NCBI GenBank assembly: GCA_012295275.1
Contig: CM022666.1
Span: 8,122,001-8,186,000 of the forward strand
From: Chrysomallon squamiferum
Lineage: Eukaryota; Animalia; Mollusca
Direction of reading: 5' to 3'
Length of the DNA: 64,000 nucleotides
A program made the translations under genes and the position numbers. The number at the start of each line of letters is the position of its first letter. Position 1 is the stretch's first letter. The notes beneath the pieces were generated by a model, which saw only the letters and a program-made list of their open reading frames with translations, did no database searches and was not told the origin of the DNA. Positions 38,297-51,398 of the stretch are shown here, in pieces.

Positions 38297-41200
38297 TTAT
38301 TATTTTTTGTAATTTAATGCTTTAAAATAAATTTTAATATCATTTTGTATTTTTCTAGTCATTTAACCACACACAAACACATACACACACACTGAAAATT
38401 CAGCTTTTAAAACTTATAACAATTATTAAAATTTGCATTTAAAACAAAACTAATATTTATAATTTAACAAGTTATTTAACAGTCAAAAACTTTGCTTTTC
38501 TTCTCTTTTTTTTTTTTTTTTCCGTTTATATGAAAAATATTTAAAACTAAAATTTTATATATTTATTATTATTTTTCTTAATCATAATTTAATTTTTAAA
38601 ACTAAATTTTCCTCTGAATCTAGGCAATAACATCTCAGCGACAGTACAAGTCTATGGACACACCTGTCAGAGAGCAAAATGCTACCCACAATTCCACTGT
38701 TCCATCGGTTTGTTTCATACCTCATTCTACTGCTGCTTTTTTTTGCTTGGTTACGCCTCGCAAATTTTTACTTTTTTTTTTTGCCTTGCTTAACCCCTGC
38801 TGTTACAGCTGTACTGTGTTTGCACTTTAGTTTGTTTTGTATTTTTTATAGTAGTGTGTGTGTGTGTGTGTGTGTGTGTGAGCGCATGAGAGAGAACATA
38901 TATTTCTGAATTTTTGGACTGCATTTTCATTCTTTCTGTTACGTTTAATTCTGTTTCAGTTTTTTTATTTTTCATAAACTTAAAAATAATAAATAAATAA
39001 ATACCCCTCCACCCAACCCCCAAAAAAAAACCCAACAACAAACAGACAAATAATAATTTATAATTTATAAAATCAAATCAATATTTCATGTTCTTGTTTA
39101 TACAAGGAACTGTTAGTAATTTTCAAGTAAAAATGTATGTTTTACTAAATAAATAAATAAATAAATAAATAATAATAATAGTAGTAGTAGTAGTAGTAGT
39201 ACTACTACTACTAATAATAATAATAATAATAACTAAAAATATAAATAAATTATTTTTAAGAAAATATTTTCGTAATGTTTTATTTAAGGCTATTTGACTA
39301 ACTACACAGTCACGATTAGTCTGTATGTGTGCATGTGTACGTGTGTGTACGTGTGTGTGTGTGTGTTTTTTGTTAAATGTTTTTATAATTTATATAAATC
39401 TCTAACTGAAGTAAAGTGTGACTTCAATACTGAAATATGGTGGACCAGTCACGTTTGTAAAAAATAAATAAATGCTTATAAAAATTTTCTTTACTAGAAA
39501 TATCCTGAGAAAACGCATGAGAGAATTTGTTTTCAGAAATAATTTTGTTTATGTTCTCTTGCATGGTAGATCTCTAGTTGAGGACACCATGTTGCTATTA
39601 TTCTAAATTAAAATAATAACATTTAATGTAAACATTTGCAATAGAATATTTAATTTCAAAAACATACAAAAAAAATTTAATTTAATAATGACACTCAAAT
39701 CAAAATAGTGAGACATAACATTTGATTCATTTAACAATATTTAATAGAATGCTCAGTAAAAATGCTTTTGTTTTTTTAAATTAATTTTTAAAATAGTTAA
39801 ATGATGTTTGATTTCAAATTTGAATATGTTTAATAATGAAACAGACTTTGAAATGCCAATCATGGCAAAGACATGGTTTTTATTTTAAAAACAAGATAAC
39901 CAAATTCATGAAACTATAGCCAACTAACAACAAATTGGGGGGGAAAAAAAAAATCACTTTTTAACTTTTTAAAATTTTAATTTTAATTTTAAGAAGTCCA
40001 TTAATATGAGAAATTTGACAAATCAGTGATAATAATGGTTTAAATAAGCTTAATATTCACAGAAGCTGAATTTAAAAACTGATTTCAGTGCATGGTAGTA
40101 TGTTAAGAATTCAGGTTGAGACCCTTCTTTCTTTTTAGATGGCCGTGATTCTTCTTTTTTTTCACTGATCATTGTGTCCAGTATTAAAAAAAGTTGTTTA
40201 GGTCTTTGGCTTTTAAATGTATTTGCTCTTTATTAATAATATACATTTGTTATTTCTATATATGGTAAAAATTTATCAACATAAGCAAAAACAATTGGTG
40301 AAATTTTTTTTATGAGAAATCTTTTAAATGTTTTTTTACGCAACGGTTAGTAGGTTACTGCCAAAGTTTTAGAAATAAAACTACATACGTACTTCAAGTG
40401 AATTAACTAAATATTTTTAGAAATTTTATAACAAGAAATTTTGACTGAATCTTTGAACAAATTGGATTTCAGATATATAACAAAATACTTAATTAAAATT
40501 TTTAAAACCAATACCATTATAGAAATTTTAATGAATTTTTTTTTTTTTTTTTAAATATACTTAACAGTTTATGTCATTATTATCAAAATTACTATGTAAA
40601 ATGTTGTTACAATAAAATATTGCCATGGTTTTTTATTTTGTAACCTGTGTTAAAAAAATTGAAAGATTGAAATGTAGGTACATGACCTGGGCTGATAGTT
40701 TTCATTTGCAACACAATTTAGTATGATAAAATCATATCTTTATTTATTTATTTATTTATTTATTAATTTATTAATTATTATTATTATGATTATTATTTTA
40801 TTATTATGTTTTTACTGTTGTTATTTTTGTTTACTTTCACCTGCTCAGTGTAGTAAAAATGTAACAAGAATTTACATGAAATTCACCACCTTTTTATTAA
40901 ATCTTAATGACAGAATTTATTATTTCACAAGTATAAAATATTGAATTAAATATTGAAATACCAATATTGAATTAACTTGAACTCAGTTTTAATATAATAT
41001 TGTTTTTAATGTAAAGATAATTTGAAAAATATACATTACAGGCAGGAAAAAATTTAAAATTATTATATGTGATTTATGATTTTATTGCATTAATTTACAC
41101 TTTTTTAAAAATTATTATTATTATAATTTTTTTTAAATTTTTTTTTTGACAGTTTTAAGGTAAAATGTTGATACAAACTGCCATGAAACAATCTGTCAAT

Positions 41201-41552
41201 AGATCAATAGGTCACTACTTTCAAATTTAATATTAAAATCTATTGAAAGGTTACGTGTAGGTACATGACCAGTAGGTGACTTAGGTTGGTCATGACCTAC
41301 TTTTCTTTGTTGACATAGAAACAATTCCTCTTAGTGAACAGTAGAGCACTTGAGTATTAAAGAGAACTAATAAAGATATTGCTATGGTTTTTGTTCTTTT
41401 GTAATTGACAAACACCTCGAGTTTGAATTTTAAAATAGAAATAAATTAAAATATTGAAAAGTTAAATTGTAGGTTCATGACCTAGGAAGATAGTTTTCAC
41501 CTGCTGCAAAATTTAGTATGATGGAAATCATATCGTTTATTTATTATCGTTA

Positions 41553-41586
<34 letters not shown>

Positions 41587-41738
41587 ACAAAAATAATCAC
41601 AAAAATTTAGATTTATAAAAATTATAAATATCTGGTTTCTTTATTGAAATCTTTGATTCGATTCACTGCAGAATCAAGATTAAACTATGGCTCATTATTA
41701 GCTAATCTGACAATTTTTTTAAATTTTAAAATGATGAT

Positions 41739-41782
<44 letters not shown>

Positions 41783-42033
41783 TATTAATATGGTGTACAT
41801 TGTTTTATCCTTTCAAAACTTAAGCCAAATTTACAAAGGAAATGCTGATTCTCTCATTTTCATTTGTAAGGATGCATATGCTACATATACACACACAAAA
41901 ATTATGGTGATGTAAAATAAATAATAATATGTTTAAGTAATCACAGTAGATTATTATTACTGGCTATTATTACAGGTGTTATTTCAGCCAACGATCTATA
42001 TGTATATATTTATATATGTACAATTTTTATATG

Positions 42034-42064
<31 letters not shown>

Positions 42065-42689
42065 AATTTTTATATGTAAATTTTTTTTTGACAGTTTGAA
42101 GGTAAAATGTTGATACAAACTGCCATGAAACAATCTGTCAATAGATCAATAGGTCACTACTTTCAAATTTAATATTAAAATCTATTGAAAGGTTACGTGT
42201 AGGTACATGACCAGTAGGTGACTTAGGTTGGTCATGACCTACTTTTCTTTGTTGACATAGAAACAATTCCTCTTAGTGAACAGTAGAGCACTTGAGTATT
42301 AAAGAGAACTAATAAAGATATTGCTATGGTTTTTGTTCTTTTGTAATTGACAAACACCTCGAGTTTGAATTTTAAAATAGAAATAAATTAAAATATTGAA
42401 AAGTTAAATTGTAGGTTCATGACCTAGGAAGATAGTTTTCACCTGCTGCAAAATTTAGTATGATGGAAATCATATCGTTTATTTATTATCATCATCATCG
42501 TTATCATCAACATTATTATTATTATTATTATTATTACACAAAAATAATCACAAAAATTTAGATTTATAAAAATTATAAATATCTGGTTTCTTTATTGAAA
42601 TCTTTGATTCGATTCACTGCAGAATCAAGATTAAACTATGGCTCATTATTAGCTAATCTGACAATTTTTTTAAATTTTAAAATGATGAT

Positions 42690-42733
<44 letters not shown>

Positions 42734-44158
42734 TATTAATATGGTGTACATTGTTTTATCCTTTCAAAACTTAAGCCAAATTTACAAAGGAAATGCTGAT
42801 TCTCTCATTTTCATTTGTAAGGATGCATATGCTACATATACACACACAAAAATTATGGTGATGTAAAATAAATAATAATATGTTTAAGTAATCACAGTAG
42901 ATTATTATTACTGGCTATTATTACAGGTGTTATTTCAGCCAACGATCTATATGTATATATTTATATATGTACAATTTTTATATGTATATATATATATATA
43001 TATATGTATGTATAATTTTTATATGTATAATTTTCTGAGATACTGCACATTTGCAGTGTAATTTTCAGAGTTCAAATACGCTGGCAGTTTCATGATTAGA
43101 ATCACTGTTTTCTGTTACATGTCTGATAAAACATCTGCCTCAACTTTATCAATTTATCGGATAAAATTTTGAATCAGAATTAAAATTCATCTCTCAGTGA
43201 AGAACTGGACGTTAAAGGAAACTAATATGATCAATTTTCATGTATTGCCATTGTCTTCATAATTAACTGTCAAACTTACAATATGTTTCTGTTATTGTTA
43301 TTATTATTATTATTGTTATAATTATTGTTATTATCATTGTAGTTATTGTTATTGTCATTATTATTATTATTGTTCTTGTTGTTATTATTTTATTATTATT
43401 GTTGTTATTTTTTTATTGTTATTGTTAATATTTTTTTATCATTGTTCTTATTGCTATTGCCATTATTATTATACTATTTTTAGTTATAATACAGACTGCG
43501 ATATAATCAACAAGTCAAGAAATATTTAGTCTTGAATTTTCTTTAACTGTATCTGATTTGCTTAGTTACACAAATGTTTGAATGTCATTGAAAATGTTTC
43601 AAATGCCACTGACATTTGTTGTTTTAAGTGTCTGTTTTAACCAGTTATACCCAATGTCAGTTTTAGCCAGTTTGTAGCCAATATCAGTTTTAACAAGTTG
43701 TTGCCAATATAGAATTTAACTAGTTATTCTCAGCATCAATTTTAATCTGTCATACAGAATGTCAGTCATAGCCAGCTGTACAAAACATCAGTCTAAACTA
43801 GTCATTGCCATTATCAATTTTAGTCTATAGCAGCCATATCAGTTGTTAACCATTTGAAGCCAGTATTCATTTTAGCCAATTTCAGTCAATACCTATGTCT
43901 GGTTTATCAACGTCTATATGTAAGAACCTGTGGAATCATGAAATTAAATTATCTCTTGCTGATATATAATCAACAAAGGCATGGCGTTATGGGGTTTCTG
44001 TCTTGTTTTAATAATGCTGTATAAGAGCCCTGTATTAGAATGTTATGCACAGATTAGTTTAATATGAATTTCTGCGGTTTGCTTAAGTGGAAATTTTTAA
44101 CATATTTTTTATTTCCCATTCTAATGACTGGTGACGTTTTAAAATGGTTTCTGGTATC

Positions 44159-44208
<50 letters not shown>

Positions 44209-44725
44209 GTGAGATTTTGGCTTAGCAGCCAATCATTTCATCTAAATCAATTAATTAGATTTTGGCATATTGATTTTGCTTACATTTTTGGTTAGGATGT
44301 TTCCTGGGCAATCAAAAGAATAATAACAGTTTTTTAGCTTGTAATGTCGTTTTGCCTCCAAGTTTTACCCCCAAGTTACTGGCTTTGTAATGTTTGTTAA
44401 AAAGACATCATTACATTTTTTCTCCCTAATTATGGAACATATCGACTATTTCTTTGGAAATGTTTTTTTTTTTTTTTTTTCATAGTTGTCGGGGATTTTT
44501 TAGCCCTGTATTAGAATGTTATGCACAGATTAGTTTGATATGAATTGCTGCGGTTTGCTTAAGTGGAAATTTTTAACATATTTTTTTATTTCCCATTCTA
44601 AATGACTCTCGTATTTTGTACTGTCTTGTCTGTTAGAAAGTGCTTATAATGAAGTGTCTGTGATGCATCAGTAGGTTTCTTTTCTAGATCATCAGAGACA
44701 TATATCAAATATATGACATCTAGAA

Positions 44726-44771
<46 letters not shown>

Positions 44772-45111
44772 AACATCATTATTATCTTTTGATTTTTTAT
44801 TCAAATTCTGAAACCTAGTATCAATTAAACATTATTTTGAAACTTTAATTTTTTAATTTTTTTTGAATAATTGTATTTAAACGTGTAAAATATTTTGTTA
44901 AGTTTAGGAGCCTAAACATCTTTTTAAAATGTGCACCAGTCATAGGGAAGGTGTTTTTTCTTTTTTGCTTTTGTTTGTTTGTGAATGTTTTGTATTTGCT
45001 TTTGTGTTTGCTAACACTATAGTTACTGTGTGTATTATTTGCAGTTGGATCAGACAGAAGATAACAGAACTGAAACAAGTTCCCCATTATTAGATCAGGT
45101 ACTAAAGTAGT

Positions 45112-45184
<73 letters not shown>

Positions 45185-45661
45185 GTAACAAACAAAAATA
45201 AAAAAAATAATAAAGATAATAATTTTAGTAATAATAATAATTATTATTATAATAATAATAACAAAAATGATTAGAAATAATAACTGTAAAAATAATAAAG
45301 ATAATAATGAAAATAAAGATACTAATGATGAAAATTATGATAATGATGATGATAACAGTAATAATAATAAGAGTAACTAAAATAAAGAATAATTTTAATA
45401 ATAATAATAATAATAATAATGGTAATAATGTTAATTATTAATGTATAAATTAGTAATATAATAGTAATGTAATAAATAAATAAGTATAGTAATAATAAAT
45501 TAGTAATGTATAAATTAGTAAACTAATGCTTCTCCTGATGATATTCATATCATTGGTAAAATTAATAATATTTTTGTACTGAATACTTTGAATTTATTAT
45601 TTTAATTATATCAGAACTTAAAATGATAACAGCAGTAAAAATTTTAATAAAATTGTACACC

Positions 45662-45747
<86 letters not shown>

Positions 45748-46267
45748 TTTCATTAGTAATAATAAAAAATAAATAATAAAATGTACTTACTCAGAACTAT
45801 AGCAAAAGTCAGAAACTGAAATATATATGTGTGTGTCTGTGTTTATATACATCCATATGTAGATATGATTGTGTATAATAATCTGATGTAGATACAGTTC
45901 TAATTCATTTTAAAATCAGTAATTTCAAAAGCAAAAAATTATATATTCTTTATAATAATAATAATAAAAAAGCAGAATAATGATAATAACAATTTTAATT
46001 TTTGAATTTTAATAATTATATATAGAAGCACAATTGTCTTTTCATGTGATATCTATATTATTAGTATATTATTATTATTATTATTATTTGGTGTGATTTT
46101 TCCTTATTATTTTGGTAGTTAAAATTTTTAGCTTCTTTCTTTTTATTTATTGATTTGAATTTTTTATTTATTTAAATTGTTGAAATATAAAATTGTAGAA
46201 TATTAGTGAAATATTTATAGAGGTGTTTTTCAGAAGATAAATTGCAATAATTATAATAAAAACATTC

Positions 46268-46303
<36 letters not shown>

Positions 46304-47560
46304 ATTAGTGTTATTGTTATTTTTTTTTAATTTTGTTTTTTCTATTTAATAATGAAATAACACTGAACGAGAAACATTTGAACCAAAATTGAAAAAAAAG
46401 GAATTACATTCTGTGAATATTAAACAAATTTTTGAAGATTAACAAGTTGAAATTCTTAAATAACCTAAAATAATTAAAAATGTATATATATATATATATA
46501 TATCTACAGAAAGAAGATGAAAGTTAAAAAAGTAGATGAATAATCAAAAATAATGATTAAGAATAATAAAACAAAAATAAAATAAAATAAAATAGTTTGA
46601 AAAATTAAAATAAGGGGTCAAAAAAAAATAATGTGTAACTGAAAAGATAGAAAAATATATTTTATATGGATGAAACATTTAAAAAAAGGAAATAGAAAAT
46701 AAAGTGAATTTTAAGACACTGTAAAACTAAAAATTTAGTGGATATTGTTTAACTGAAAAAATCAATAAAAACCAGTTTAGCAGCAGTGAAAACCCCACCC
46801 AAAAACAACCACCAAACACATTGGTATAAAATACAACAGTAAAAAAAGAAGAACCCTCCCCTCAATAAAAAAACCTTTAATAGACAAATGTTTTTGTCAA
46901 TGAAGCAGAACAGAACAATTTAATACAGAGAAGCAGTTTCTGTAAACAGAGCAACACTGAAACAAGTTTGTAGAGTAACTGTAAAGTGTGTGTTTGACTG
47001 ACAGGAGCTGTTTTCCACATTTAATTTACTACTGCTTTATTGTTTTCTTCTTTTCATTGTCTTCTGTTTTGTTATTTTCTACTAGTATCACTTTATTCAG
47101 CTGTGTTTTGTTTCGTTTTATTATCTTGTGATGTACAGTTTAGTACAGCTTATACTTCTACTACTACTAGTGTTTTATTCTCCTAACATGATGTTTTTCT
47201 TCTACTAATGTGTTTTTCTTCTACTAATCTAGTGTGTTGTCTACTAGTATTGTCTTCTTTTTCTACTAATTTTCTCTCCTCTACTAATTGTCTTCTTTTT
47301 CTGCTAATTTTCTCTCCTCTACTAATTGTCTTACTATACCACTTTTTCTAGTGCATGGCAGTAGAGTATAAATGCTTGAATGGTTTGATCTCAACACATG
47401 CACAGCACTATGGTGTAGTGGTGACGTCGAAGCGCAGTGTGGGTAGTCAGATGAGGTTGTTTATTAAAGGGAATCACTCATTGAAAAATTTAGAGCCAAA
47501 AGTGAACATTTTTATGTTAATGATGTTATTAAAAGAAAATAATTTTAAGCATGCACACAC

Positions 47561-47631
<71 letters not shown>

Positions 47632-48186
47632 ATGTATATAATTTTGTAATATAATTATTTAGTATACTGATCCTAGCTTTTCAAATTAAATTTTGGTAAC
47701 AAAACTAATGAGTGATACCCTTTAAGAACACTGTTTTTTTTTAGGTTTTTTTTAGATTTATTTATTTATTTTATTTTTGATTTAAAATGTTTCAATTCTT
47801 TTGGGTTTTTTTCACTGGTTAAAAATGTTCGTTTTTTTTTTTGTTGTTGTTGATGTTGTTTTTTAATTTAAGTTTATATTTTAAATTTAGTTTTGTTGTT
47901 GTTGTTGTTGTTGTATCTTTATTTTAAAAACAAGCAGTACCATTAAAATATTTTTACAGAATCTTTATGGTACATATTATCTGTAATTATTTTTAATTTT
48001 TATATTTTTATAATTATAAAAACTTAATAAGGATGATAATTACTATTATGAATGTTGTTGTTGTTGTTGTTATTTTTTTGTTGCATTTATCATTGTTATT
48101 ATAATAGCAGTAACTAAGAAAATACAGTTTTACTAAGTTTATTAATGGTAGATAATTTCATTTTAATATTATATTATTACTGTTAC

Positions 48187-48223
<37 letters not shown>

Positions 48224-48899
48224 TTTTTCATCTTCCTGTTTTAAAGGAATATTCTTATAGAGGAAGCTTTAATTACATTTCTTCTTACTACTGCTACAAA
48301 TACTACTACTACTATCATAATCATCATCATCATTATCATCATCATCATCAAGAATATTATTATTAAAATCATCATCGTAATCATTATCAGTATCATTATT
48401 ATTATTATTATATTATCATTATTATTTCACTTCTTTTATTATTACTGTTATTATTATTATTATTATTATTATATAGTTTTACTTAAAGTAAATGTAATGA
48501 CCATTATTTTAAAAATGATTTACTTAATCTGACATCTTTGAAGTGTGAAAAGTTCATGGCTAAATAATTAATAGTTTTAGTTAATTTATTATATCTGTGA
48601 TTGAAAAATGACTAAAACACCATACAGAACTATTTATTTTATAATTTTTTTTTTTCAAGAATTTCTAGAAATGTCCAGACAATTCCAAATGTTTGTTTTA
48701 ATTAGCAAGTTTTTTATATATATATATATATTAGAACCCCCTCATACATCAGACAAACAGGAAGCAAAAAGCAACAGTTACAAATGTCAATTATTACAAA
48801 AACTAATATGACATCAGTATTATTTTAAAGGTTATTATTTTTTTATTTTGAAATTTTTTTTTTATGTAAAATAATAAATAATAAAAATGTATTTGCATG

Positions 48900-48948
<49 letters not shown>

Positions 48949-49041
48949 TGTACATATATTTAAAGTTATTCGTACATTTTCTCAGTTATTGTTTATCTAT
49001 TATTATTATTTAGTTATTTATTAATTTATTAATTATTATTA

Positions 49042-49086
<45 letters not shown>

Positions 49087-50514
49087 CATGCAAATATATT
49101 TTTATTATTTATTTATTTATTTATTTATCTATATGTTTATTCAGAATACATTTTCAGAAACAAAACCCAAGATCAAAATTACTTTAATTTTTTTTATAAT
49201 TTTATGAATCATTAATGGAACAAACAATTATGTTTTTATTTTTTTAATTTTTTAATTTTTTTGGTACATTATACTGTGAATGCTTTGATTTAAACTCCCA
49301 GTGAAAAAAAAAGTAATATAGTGTAAATTAAATCAAGATTTGTCAGGTATGCTTTTCTTCAGCAAACTGGAACATTTGAATATAAACTTTTTTCAGAAGG
49401 CTCAATGACTGTCTGCTGAATCTCATCTTGTTTCATCTTGGTTGTTGTGGTTGCAGTTTTTTAAAATTCAAAGATGTTTAGGTTTTTATCTTCATTATTT
49501 GTATGGATAATACAAAAACACATTTCGGAAGTTACTGGAAACAGGTGTGAAATAACATGTTTGTTTAAATACATCTCGTTTAAGATCGCCAGTAAATATT
49601 GCTAAACAAACATGGTAACATTTTATATATTAATTACTTCATTATGATATTACTTGAAAATCATAATTTGGTGATTTTTGTTTTTTTTTCTTTCTTTTTT
49701 CTGGATGCTTTGGTTAATAGACGTATATCAGTTACTGATTTTCAGATAAAACTCAATAAACAACAAAATACATAATATATTTTCAAACCCGGTTTAGACT
49801 GATATCATGATATACAGATTATTTGTAGTGAAATCCAAGTTCATTTGCAATATTTTGCAAACTGTCATTTCATTGATTTTTCGTAGGTTTTTTTGTTTTT
49901 TTTATATCCTCTTTTCTTAAAATTTTTGAGAGAGGTCATTTGAGATCATCTGGAGTTAGCTGTTTAATTTTTATATGAATTTTAAGATGAATTCAGATGA
50001 ATTTGATGTATGTCGCGATTCAAGCAAAAGTTATTAGTCTTGGACATATCAGAATTTTTAAAATGGCAGATTGCAAGATGAACCTTTCCCATTGGTTTAA
50101 CTTTAAACATTAATGTATCTTAAGAAATTTTATTTTTATTACTAAATTATTTTTAATATCATTCTGAATATAATTTATCCTAACTTAAATTAGAATTTTA
50201 TGTGTGTCTGTGTTTTTGATTGTTTGTATGTATGATTGTGTTAACATTAGCAAATTTATGGTGTATGTGCATGCATGTATATATGTGTTCATGTTTGTTG
50301 TGTGTATGTGTGTCTGCGTGCATGTGTGTGTGTGTGTGTGTTGCACTTGTATGTTTCTGTATGTGCAGATTTACTCTAAATAGGCATATATAATATTACT
50401 TTTTTTTTTTTACTACATATTTTTGTTTGGAAGTAGTTTATACATGAAAGCCTAGATATATGTAGATAAGCATGTTTTGTTTGAATAATTTTGTTTATAT
50501 TGATGATAACTTTG

Positions 50515-50547
<33 letters not shown>

Positions 50548-51348
50548 CAGATATATCTATAAGTGTCAGGATAACATATATTATCAGATGATCACATTTA
50601 AATTAGAATTATTTTCATTGACAGTTTCAAAAATAAATAAATAATTAAAATAAACTGGTAGATTTTAATTTTTATTTCACTCAGTATTTATTATTATTAT
50701 TATTATTGTTACTATTATTATTATTTACTGTTGTTATTAATTTTTTTTTATTTGTTATTATCATTATTGTTATTTATTGTTTTGTTCTTGATTTATTTAT
50801 TTATTATTATTATTGTCGTTATTATTATTAAATTTATCATCATCATCATCATTCCCTTATCTACATTAACATTTATTGTTTACAGACATCTGGAGAACCT
50901 CAACCAGGCCCCAAGAAACCAGACAAGGCATGGCTTGTGGCAAAGTGGCACCATTTTGATGTTTTGTAAGTTTTTGTTTTCATAAATTTGAAACAACACA
51001 TATACATAAAACAACACAATTATAAAGATGCATTTTGTTAAAACAAACATCAGCCAAACAATATAACACTATGTATTGTATACCAATTGTATTGTATTAT
51101 ACATATTACATTTTTATTTTACATTGTTTTGTATTATATATTATACTGCTTTATATTGTTATTTAATAATTTAATCATTTTTATTATTGTAACTATTTTA
51201 TTGTTACTGTTATTCTTAAACTATTATTATTATTGTTATTACAGTTTTATTATATTTATTATTATTTCATTATTATTACTATTATTACTATTATTAAATT
51301 TTATTGTTATTTTATTATTATTATTTCATTATTTTTATTATTACAATC

Positions 51349-51398
<50 letters not shown>

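Noticed and set aside
44025-44607. Direct repeats as LTRs of a TRIM element
   Set aside because: No TG...CA termini, primer-binding site, polypurine tract or target-site duplication visible.
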